Shown one piece after another: positions 1 to 7,055 of a stretch of DNA of 64,000 nt. The notes below the pieces were generated by a model. That model saw nothing but the letters and a program-made list of their open reading frames with translations, was not told the DNA's origin and made no database searches. This DNA comes from a virus, in the IMG/VR virus record IMGVR_UViG_3300043466_001759, positions 8,859-72,858 of that record; one strand, written 5' to 3'. Positions within the stretch are counted from its first letter, which is position 1, and each line of letters starts with the position of its first letter. The position numbers were made by a program, and so were the translations under genes.

Positions 1-129
1 TGTTGAAATGGATTTTGACTTTGGCAGTTGTGTTGTTCTGTGGATGCGCAGGACAACGAACACGGATCACACTAACGAGGGTTCATGGCGAACCATCAAT
101 CAGTATCGAGCTTGAGGAACGATAGGAAA

Positions 130-339
130 ATGAGCGACAGAAACACTACTGAAAAAAAGACATGCGAATGCGGCAGGGTATCAACCTATTTCGTGTCCCC
201 TAACAATGGCAAAAAGCTGTTGCGAGGCTTTTGCGACTCATGCTACGAAGATAGATGCCGCAGAGAATCCAACAAACGGCTGGACAGGATCCAGAAGTTT
301 AGAGATCGCAATCAATACGACAGGGAAGATCAATCCTAA
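130..339 (+). CDS. small Zn-finger-like hypothetical protein
   Basis: CECG...CDSC cysteine pairs; AGGA RBS before ATG at 130. Confidence 0.55.
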   Translation: MSDRNTTEKKTCECGRVSTYFVSPNNGKKLLRGFCDSCYEDRCRRESNKRLDRIQKFRDRNQYDREDQS

Positions 340-348
340 AGAACTAAT

Positions 349-558
349 GGCTTGTCACGGCAATGCCAGTCTAGGCGGGATAAGTCCTGGCGTGACGTGG
401 CAAGGCAAGGCAAGGCAAGGTTTCATGCATCGGCTGAAAAGTCGGTGCGTGGATTTACTGCGGCCCGGCGAGACGGAGCAAGTCGCGATCGGGCATGGCG
501 TAGCATGACGAGGCAAGGTTTCAACTGCTATCAGCGAGGCAGTTTTTAAGTTCGCTGA
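349..558 (+). ncRNA. GGY-NN pentamer guide array, block 1 (unit 1: 349-451; unit 2: 462-558)
   Basis: Unit 1: ggctt gtcac ggcaa tgcca gtcta ggcgg gataa gtcct ggcgt gacgt (ggcaa)4 ggttt, then hairpin 424-451 with GAAA loop. Unit 2: ggccc ggcga gacgg agcaa gtcgc gatcg ggcat ggcgt agcat gacga ggcaa ggttt, then a predicted pseudoknot at 523-558. Confidence 0.85.
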
Positions 559-588
559 AACATGGTTTTGTGCGTTAAGGATTTCAGT

Positions 589-1146
589 ATGAAGAAGGCA
601 ATTTGCAAATTACAGTCAGTCAGTCCGTATTCTCAATCGAGGTACATCCAAGAGAAAAGAACGCGAGACGAAACGCCAGCAGCGTTCGAAGAGCGATCCT
701 GGAAGCAACGGTGCCATTGGAACGAAAATGGCAATCTTTACATTCCTCCAATGTCGTTCAAAAACTGCTTGAGTGAAGCAGCAAAATACAAATCCATTCA
801 GATCCCAGGAAAGGGAAAGTCGACATACACCAAACACTTCGAGGCTGGGATTCTTGTTGTCGAGCCTCTAGTTCTCGACATTACGAAAGACAGTATCCAA
901 CACGAATGGCTGCACGTCCCCTCTGACGGCAAGCGTGGAGGAACAAAGCGTGTTGAAAAGTGTTTTCCGTTGATTCAGTCTTGGTCTGGCACTGTCGAGT
1001 TCTTGGTGTTGGATGAGACTATCACTGAGGATGTTTTCACAGCACACCTCCAAGACGCAGGGAGCTTTATTGGTATCGGTCGCTTCCGTCCGCGTAACAA
1101 CGGCTTTTACGGTCGTTTTGAGGTAAAGTCGGTGAGTTGGAAATAA
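589..1146 (+). CDS. stand-alone RAMP/Cas7-like RNA-binding protein (putative Vipr-type effector)
   Basis: N-terminal strand KLQSVSP; YIPPMSFKNCLSEAA resembles the Cas7/Csm3 IPGSSxKG motif; C-terminal Gly-rich loop GIGRFRPRNNGFYGRFEV; AAGGA RBS before ATG 589; flanked by arrays. Confidence 0.8.
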   Translation: MKKAICKLQSVSPYSQSRYIQEKRTRDETPAAFEERSWKQRCHWNENGNLYIPPMSFKNCLSEAAKYKSIQIPGKGKSTYTKHFEAGILVVEPLVLDITKDSIQHEWLHVPSDGKRGGTKRVEKCFPLIQSWSGTVEFLVLDETITEDVFTAHLQDAGSFIGIGRFRPRNNGFYGRFEVKSVSWK

Positions 1147-1149
1147 TCC

Positions 1150-1589
1150 GGCAGGGTTAGGCTTTGCGCGTCGCGGCTCGTTGCGGCGTTGTGCGGCAAG
1201 GCAAGACAAGGTTTCATGCATCAGCTGAGAAGTCGGTGCATGGATTGACCTCGGCACGTCTCGTTGGTGCAGGGCAGGGCCCGGCGTGGCGCGGCTAGGC
1301 AAGGCAAGGCAAAGTTTCACATCTGAGGCGAATAGGCTCAGGTGTGAATTGACCGTGGCACGGCGAGGCATGTTATGACTCGGCGCGGCAAGGCAAGGCG
1401 AGGTTTCCTATCTGGGGCGAATAGGCCTAGGTAGGGATTGATTAGGGTTTGGCTGGTCGGATCACGACAGGTCGGGGCTCGGCTAGGTAAAGCAAGGCAA
1501 GGTTTCACAGCTGGAGCGAACAGGTCCAGCTGTGGATTGGACTCGGCATAGTAGGCCGAGGCGGGGCGTGGTAAAGCAAGGCAAGGACT
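1150..1589 (+). ncRNA. GGY-NN pentamer guide array, block 2 (units 3-7: 1150-1242, 1253-1346, 1357-1435, 1441-1534, 1540-1589)
   Basis: Five tandem units with strict 5-nt periodicity; units 3-6 end in ..RGTTT plus a 10-12 bp hairpin (loop GAGA or GCGAAYAGG) followed by RATT; unit 7 ends GGCAAGGAC plus a T run with no hairpin. Confidence 0.9.
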
Positions 1590-1612
1590 TTTTTACAAAG
1601 GGAACAAAGGGA

Positions 1613-2089
1613 ATGTTATTTGAAAAATCATCAGACACAAAGATCTTAGAGGACACGCTTAGGCAGGTTGCAGTAGGTGACATGGCCACTTACGAAAACC
1701 TGTCAAAAGCAATTGGAAGGGACGTTCGAACGTTTGCGATCGCTGCACTACGTACAGCCCGACACGGACTCATTAAGGAAGGGTTCGTGTTCGGCGTCGA
1801 GCAGAATGTCGGACTCGTCAGGCTTAACTCTACAGAGATCGTCAAGAGCACAGAAATGGATCGAAAGTCGGTGCATCGAAAGGTTAATCGCACACTCAGC
1901 AAACTAAGCGTTGCGAAGTACGATGAGCTCGATGACGAGAATAAAAGAAAACACGTCACGATGTCAGCGCAGATGGGTGCTCTGGCGATGTTTTCAGCGA
2001 AGACGGCAACCACGAAGATTGAATCTAAAGTCACTGGCGACTCGAAAGTATTGCCAGTCGGCGAAACACTGAAATTGTTTGGTGGGTAA
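1613..2089 (+). CDS. hypothetical basic protein embedded between guide arrays (possible DNA-binding accessory)
   Basis: ATG 1613 after AAAGGGA; the upstream ORF-track extension runs through array unit 7; ATYENLSKAIGRDV looks like a wHTH helix pair. Confidence 0.8.
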   Translation: MLFEKSSDTKILEDTLRQVAVGDMATYENLSKAIGRDVRTFAIAALRTARHGLIKEGFVFGVEQNVGLVRLNSTEIVKSTEMDRKSVHRKVNRTLSKLSVAKYDELDDENKRKHVTMSAQMGALAMFSAKTATTKIESKVTGDSKVLPVGETLKLFGG

Positions 2090-2093
2090 ATAC

Positions 2094-2312
2094 AACACGG
2101 CGGGGTTGAGCCGGGCGAGTTAAAGCCAGGAGCGGTGCAGTAACGCAAGACAAGGTTGCTTGTCGTGAGCGAATAGGTCACGACAAGTATTACGCATGGC
2201 ACGTCTTCACTTGAAACGGCGGGGCGATGCGAGGTGGAGCGTGTCGGAGTAAGTCTCGACAGGTCGCCACAAGGCAAGGTTGCTTACCACGAGCGAACAG
2301 GTCGTGGTAAGC
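2094..2312 (+). ncRNA. GGY-NN pentamer guide array, block 3 (unit 8: 2094-2188; unit 9: 2193-2312)
   Basis: In-register pentamers ending in CAA-GGTT plus 11-bp hairpins gcttgtcgtga-GCGAATAGG-tcacgacaagt and gcttaccacga-GCGAACAGG-tcgtggtaagc. Confidence 0.88.
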
Positions 2313-2341
2313 ATTTATAGATCTCAATCGGAAAGAACACG

Positions 2342-2971
2342 ATGGCTAACGTTACAACAACCGACAAGATTCCAGCGTTCTACACACTGGAGAAGATTTA
2401 CGAGTCGATCGATAAAGTTAACGACAGCTGCGCCGATGGACAGCGAATTGATTTCTGGATTGCTGGGGGATCCGTTAGCGATCTGGCCAGAGGGAGGCGA
2501 TTTAAGGACATCGACGTGTTCAGCCCTAAGCCTGTGGAGCTAGTTGAAAAGCTCTCTAGAGCCTACGGAAAACCGTATTCAGAGATCGTTGGAATGTTTG
2601 CTAACTTCCGATTGGGAAAGCATACGGTTCAAATCATAACTGGATACACACCAGCAAGCGAAGACGAAGTAATCGAGCTATTTGACTTCACAGCTGTTTG
2701 CGGGGCGTACTCACCCGATAGATTCGTATGCCACGAGAGATTCTGGCAAGACAACTGCACGAGGCGATTAGTGATCAATAATTTACCAAAGCCTCTATCG
2801 ACACTAGATCGATTGGCTAAGTACTGTCGCAAAGGCTTCAAGCACTGCCCTGTCGGGTTGTCGCGAGTCATAAAAGCCATCGCAGCTGAAAACATCGACT
2901 GGGACAACCCTAGTCAAAACATAATCAACTTTTACCCAAATGGCCACATACGGTTTTTTGGGATCGATTAA
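2342..2971 (+). CDS. Pol-beta-fold nucleotidyltransferase (CCA-adding/poly(A) polymerase head-like)
   Basis: WIAGGSVSD...KDIDVF (hGG..D, DxD) and LFDFT motifs. Confidence 0.75.
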   Translation: MANVTTTDKIPAFYTLEKIYESIDKVNDSCADGQRIDFWIAGGSVSDLARGRRFKDIDVFSPKPVELVEKLSRAYGKPYSEIVGMFANFRLGKHTVQIITGYTPASEDEVIELFDFTAVCGAYSPDRFVCHERFWQDNCTRRLVINNLPKPLSTLDRLAKYCRKGFKHCPVGLSRVIKAIAAENIDWDNPSQNIINFYPNGHIRFFGID

Positions 2972-3003
2972 TCAACGCTTTATTTTTATTGAAAGGGAAA
3001 CCA

Positions 3004-3495
3004 ATGCTTGTATTAGGAAGAAAAGTCGGAGAGTCAATCACTATCAACGGCGATACCGTGGTAACAGTAAAGAAGCACAGCAGCAAGATCTTTTTGGCGA
3101 TCGAAGCTCCCGATGACGTATCGATCAAACGAACAGAATTACTAACCATAAAAAGAGACGATGAAACAGATATCAAAGCTATCTTACGATTGGATTGTCG
3201 CTCTCAGGAATTCCCTAGCGAAGAATGGTTGCAGTCACTCGGATTTGTTATCAACGAATCTGAGCATGCTCTTTTTGCTACAGCATTACTGGACGACTTC
3301 TCGGGCAATTGCCATCCTGCGCGTGTCGAGCTCAGGCTTATGCTTTTTGCCGATCAGACTGACGAGTGGGTCACTGACGTTGTGTCATACGATGCAAGTG
3401 GGACTGCGTCTTCAGTTGGTCTGGTAAACTCCTGGTGCAAGACCAAGGCTGATGTCATTCGACTTGGCAAAGCCCTCGGTCTTAAAGCTTGGTGA
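3004..3495 (+). CDS. csrA: CsrA-domain protein with long C-terminal extension
   Basis: MLVLGRKVGESITINGD...IEAPDDVSIKRTEL is a typical CsrA signature, followed by about 105 extra residues. Confidence 0.8.
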   Translation: MLVLGRKVGESITINGDTVVTVKKHSSKIFLAIEAPDDVSIKRTELLTIKRDDETDIKAILRLDCRSQEFPSEEWLQSLGFVINESEHALFATALLDDFSGNCHPARVELRLMLFADQTDEWVTDVVSYDASGTASSVGLVNSWCKTKADVIRLGKALGLKAW

Positions 3496-3558
3496 GTAGA
3501 GGAGCCTGCGGAACCGTCTCTTGAGTATCCTAAAAACACACTGGAGCTACAAGACTGT

Positions 3559-3801
3559 TTAGAACGCATCCGAAACAGCTAATGCTTGTTGCGCCTTAGT
3601 CGGCACCCAATCATAGGGAATCAACCCATTTGGCAATCTGACTGCAATACCATTGATTCGCCTGCGAACGTACAGATGCTCTATGATTGATCCGTTATTC
3701 AGCTCTTTGATGCCGACATCCTCAGGCTCACCAAAAAGTATGTTTCGCCTTCCATCGATTGGGCCTCCAACAAATTCGGCAGGTGCACTATTCATCATCA
3801 A
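3559..3801 (-). CDS. hypothetical protein
   Basis: FVGGPIDG motif common in small phage proteins; last gene of the minus-strand operon. Confidence 0.6.
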   Translation of the reverse strand: MMMNSAPAEFVGGPIDGRRNILFGEPEDVGIKELNNGSIIEHLYVRRRINGIAVRLPNGLIPYDWVPTKAQQALAVSDAF

Positions 3802-3988
3802 ACCTTAGCGAGTAAGTCTTTAACCATTCCAGGTATCTTTCCCCGTCCACTTGGACAATGCTGATCTGCCCTATCCACCATCCACAATCCGAGGTGATAT
3901 CATGTTGGCCCACCCAGTCATTGGGCACTGAATACTCTACATCCCCAACGCAGACCGAGGCATTTTTGCTTGGTAATAATAAAAGCAT
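3788..3988 (-). CDS. hypothetical protein
   Basis: Fills the gap in the minus-strand operon. Confidence 0.5.
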   Translation of the reverse strand: MLLLLPSKNASVCVGDVEYSVPNDWVGQHDITSDCGWWIGQISIVQVDGERYLEWLKTYSLRFDDE

Positions 3989-4002
3989 GTGCTTGCAACG
4001 TC

Positions 4003-4560
4003 CTAGTCTTTAGTTGACTTTCGTTGCTGGGCGAATCTCAACAGATCCTCAGGCCTGACCCTCCACAGGGCTCTCTGGGCTCCGCTAGGCCTGCAATCGA
4101 TCGCTGGAAGCTGTTTACTGTCAATCCATGACTGAACAGTCCTGCGATTCACTCTCATGCGTTCTGCGACCTCCTCTACTTTTAACAGCTCATCGTCCAT
4201 ATACTCGATAACCTCTTCTAACGTGATTCGATTGGGTGCTCTAGGATTGGTGAGCTCCAAATAAGACTCTAGGTCAAAATCATACAACCTGGACTGTGCC
4301 AAGACAGCTAGCTGCCGAGCTTCAGGCCATTTCCTGGCTGACCCAAGTTCCTCGTGGGATCGCCTGCAAACCACCAACAAGGCAAAACGCTTGTCCAGAG
4401 CCTTTTGCCTATGAACACCTCGACATATCTCGTGAACATCCAGGTCACTCGTGCGGTAGCCACTAACTTCACATCGCCCACCAACATCCGATCGCAATGC
4501 TTCTCGGACTGGCCTAGCTTCGTTATAGCGATTCCTCGCTCGATCACTCATACGTTTCAA
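4003..4560 (-). CDS. HNH-like domain fused to excisionase-like HTH
   Basis: RCEVSG..DVHE...VVCRRSH in the N-terminal part; LLKVEEVAERMRVNRRTVQSWI (HTH_17-like) in the C-terminal part. Confidence 0.65.
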   Translation of the reverse strand: MKRMSDRARNRYNEARPVREALRSDVGGRCEVSGYRTSDLDVHEICRGVHRQKALDKRFALLVVCRRSHEELGSARKWPEARQLAVLAQSRLYDFDLESYLELTNPRAPNRITLEEVIEYMDDELLKVEEVAERMRVNRRTVQSWIDSKQLPAIDCRPSGAQRALWRVRPEDLLRFAQQRKSTKD

Positions 4561-4709
4561 GATGAAATTCCTTCTGAGGGCTGTACCCTATAAGTTTTCC
4601 GCACACGCGACAAGTCGTTCTGATCCATCCATGCCGCTTGTGATCCGGTCGATCAACCCACAAAGATCGATCGATGGAACACTGGCTTTGCTGACACACA
4701 GTCAGTTGA

Positions 4710-4967
4710 CTAGAACGGCATTCCGTCGTCTTCTCGGGGAGGGGCAGATCGACTTTTGTTCCCTCCCGACTGGGAGTTTTCCTCCTTAGGCGAGAACGCC
4801 AGACTCATGAACATCGTGCCTTTGTCCGACTTTTTAACCCATGCCGATATCCACATCTCTTCGCCGTTTATCATCCCGCTACCGGTGTAGTCAGGATGCT
4901 TAGGCTCTTGCTTCCTTGCGTTCTTGAAGAGACTTCCGTTGTTGTCTTTTTGTTGATATCCCGACAT
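4710..4967 (-). CDS. small phage ssDNA-binding-like protein
   Basis: GSLFKN..K...HPDYTG...WISAW motif and an acidic tail ending DDGMPF. Confidence 0.65.
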   Translation of the reverse strand: MSGYQQKDNNGSLFKNARKQEPKHPDYTGSGMINGEEMWISAWVKKSDKGTMFMSLAFSPKEENSQSGGNKSRSAPPREDDGMPF

Positions 4968-4968
4968 C

Positions 4969-5373
4969 TTATTCCTCGTCCTCTGTAAATTTTGAATGTG
5001 TCTTGGCATTGTGACATTCAAGGCACAAGACCTTTAACTTGTCCGACTCACAAAACAAAAGTTCTGCAAAAACCTGCAGATCTTGAAAGCTCTTTAATTG
5101 ACCACATGGATGAATATGATCAACCTGAACTTTTTTACCTGGGAACCAGCCAGCACAATCAGCGCATTGGTACTCCCACTTTAACCTAGGGTTGTCGCTC
5201 TGGTTCGGTCGCTTAGCTGCATCCATCGCTAGTCTTGCGATCGGCGGCCACCGTCTCGACATCTGCCTTAAACCACTACGCAAGAACTGCCAGAATCTCG
5301 CTTCCGTCCATTCATTGCCTGCTCTGGTTCTCGGAACCTTTGGGTTCTTGACTGCTTTCTTCTTTTTGGCCAA
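4969..5373 (-). CDS. HNH endonuclease
   Basis: YQCADC...VQVDHIHP...LKVLCLECHNAKT. Confidence 0.8.
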   Translation of the reverse strand: MAKKKKAVKNPKVPRTRAGNEWTEARFWQFLRSGLRQMSRRWPPIARLAMDAAKRPNQSDNPRLKWEYQCADCAGWFPGKKVQVDHIHPCGQLKSFQDLQVFAELLFCESDKLKVLCLECHNAKTHSKFTEDEE

Positions 5374-5382
5374 TATCGCCTC

Positions 5383-6249
5383 CTATAACGTACACAACAA
5401 ATCTAACCACGCATTGCCTGACGTCAGCAACTCTCGTATGTCCTTGTATGGCTTAGGCGGAAAAACCCACGAGGTAGCCAGTTCAGCCGCGACTTTCTTA
5501 GCTCCAAACATACCAGGGAAGCAAAATGCACAACCACTACAATCCTTCTGGCAACTTGAAATAGTTCCTCGCTTCGACACCACCTCGTCTCGTTCTCCTA
5601 TGACAATAATCCGTTTCTTACACTGCGCCGCCTCAATCATCTTCTTGATGAACTCTCCTCCATGAGTATTCGACGATCTTCCTATCGCGCTGAGACAAGC
5701 TGACTCGCATGCTGCAACATCGCTTCCTCCTTCCACGATAAACAATGGTCCTGGATGCGAATTCCAATTGGAAGTGTAGAACACTCCCGTCGACCCTCCT
5801 TGATTGGTTCGCTTGGATCCATCATTGTATCGCCTGACATAACCTATGACTCTGCCTGTCTCATCCCGACTTGGCCAACTGGAAAACTCCGCATTGTTCC
5901 ATTCGTCCCATCCGATCCCAACCCTAAGATCCTCCAGCGAGCTGACGCTAACTGACAGATTGTCAGCAACTTCACATCTCTTCTGGTGGGCTCTCTCATG
6001 GTTAAACATGGCCCGACACTCTCTCGTCCAATCCTCCTTTCGTTCTACTGGTTTAGGTGGCGGCAGTGGCGGCAAAGGGTTGCTCAGGACATGCAACCAA
6101 GCCGATCCGCCATTCCTGTCAGGAGATGGCTTGTCGGACTCGACACGCATGCACCTAACAGCTGTCCCATCTGTAGTCCTGGTGCAGTAGTCAGGCTTTC
6201 CGCATACTGCACACGGCTCATGTCTTGTGACCCTAGCCCACTCAGCCAT
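5383..6249 (-). CDS. primase-like protein (Zn finger + TOPRIM)
   Basis: CAVCGKPDYC; FIVEGGSD TOPRIM motif; KDIRE near the C-terminus. Confidence 0.75.
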   Translation of the reverse strand: MAEWARVTRHEPCAVCGKPDYCTRTTDGTAVRCMRVESDKPSPDRNGGSAWLHVLSNPLPPLPPPKPVERKEDWTRECRAMFNHERAHQKRCEVADNLSVSVSSLEDLRVGIGWDEWNNAEFSSWPSRDETGRVIGYVRRYNDGSKRTNQGGSTGVFYTSNWNSHPGPLFIVEGGSDVAACESACLSAIGRSSNTHGGEFIKKMIEAAQCKKRIIVIGERDEVVSKRGTISSCQKDCSGCAFCFPGMFGAKKVAAELATSWVFPPKPYKDIRELLTSGNAWLDLLCTL

Positions 6250-6567
6250 TTAGTCCTCTGCTCCGCATGCGGCATCAGCCAGACACAAGGATTCGAATCG
6301 AGAATCCCACTCTCGTTCAATAGCCACCCTGGCCATCTCGTCTAGTTCCCCCCAGATCCAGTGATCGCCTCGATAACGCTCCTCGGTTGAGGTGTCCCAT
6401 CGCGTGACGCTGACATCGAGCAACTCCGCTTCAGCTGGGCAACCTGGATAACCTGAGCCATCTGAATAATATCGAACCATCGGCTCTTCCGGCGTAGCGC
6501 AGTAGTCGACAGCAACTTCTAAGCTACTCCTGCCAATATCCACTGTAACGTAAACAGTCCCTCGCAT
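6250..6567 (-). CDS. hypothetical phage protein
   Basis: AGGAGA RBS; DGSGYPGCPAE motif. Confidence 0.65.
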   Translation of the reverse strand: MRGTVYVTVDIGRSSLEVAVDYCATPEEPMVRYYSDGSGYPGCPAEAELLDVSVTRWDTSTEERYRGDHWIWGELDEMARVAIEREWDSRFESLCLADAACGAED

Positions 6568-6603
6568 TGCAAATCTCCTGCATAACAACGAAACGAACAG
6601 TTA

Positions 6604-7053
6604 TCACGCGCCAGATTTGGGAACCCACCCAACAGGCGCTCTATCTGCATACCTTTTTCTTGCCAACCCTACAGCCTGAACACTGCGTCCGATCTTCTCG
6701 GAAATCTGTGTGTCAGTCAGCTCTCGATCAAATGCCATTTCGATCTCGTAGTCCGACCACCTTCTGTGATCGTTGATCGCATACTGAGTCTTCTGGTAAC
6801 GACGCTTCTTTTGCAGCTGTCGCTTCTTCAGGGTCTCTGGCTTCTTCCTGCTCTCCTTTATGCGTTTCTTTCTTAGCTCGGCTCGAACTGGATCCTTCAG
6901 CTCTAGCCCCCTTGACCTGCGATTAATCAGTCTGACCCTCTCCGGATTAGCCTTTCTCCACATTCTCTGATACTCCGCATGTTTCCTGCGTTTCTCTTCG
7001 GTGTCATAACGAGCCGGAGCCGTGGACGATGTGTTATCTGAAATCATAGTCAC
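6604..7053 (-). CDS. basic protein with C-terminal HTH-like segment
   Basis: RRWSDYE...TDTQISEKIGRSVQAV. Confidence 0.6.
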   Translation of the reverse strand: MTMISDNTSSTAPARYDTEEKRRKHAEYQRMWRKANPERVRLINRRSRGLELKDPVRAELRKKRIKESRKKPETLKKRQLQKKRRYQKTQYAINDHRRWSDYEIEMAFDRELTDTQISEKIGRSVQAVGLARKRYADRAPVGWVPKSGA

Positions 7054-7055
7054 TC

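Noticed and set aside
349-1589. Simple (GGCAA)n microsatellite
   Set aside because: Only the 3' handles are homogeneous. Register is kept without indels while NN varies, and most units have a covarying cap.
349-2312. Canonical CRISPR array or TIGR array
   Set aside because: No identical direct repeats with contiguous spacers, no cas1/cas2, and no box C/D-like motifs or Nop-domain gene. Variation is interleaved at a 5-nt period.
206-2543. ORF-track calls across the arrays (206-508, 352-549, 868-1371, 1483-1689, 1690-2277, 2280-2543, and the 1532-1612 extension)
   Set aside because: R/Q/G/A-rich translations (ARQGKARF) are by-products of the pentamer repeat or overlap better genes.
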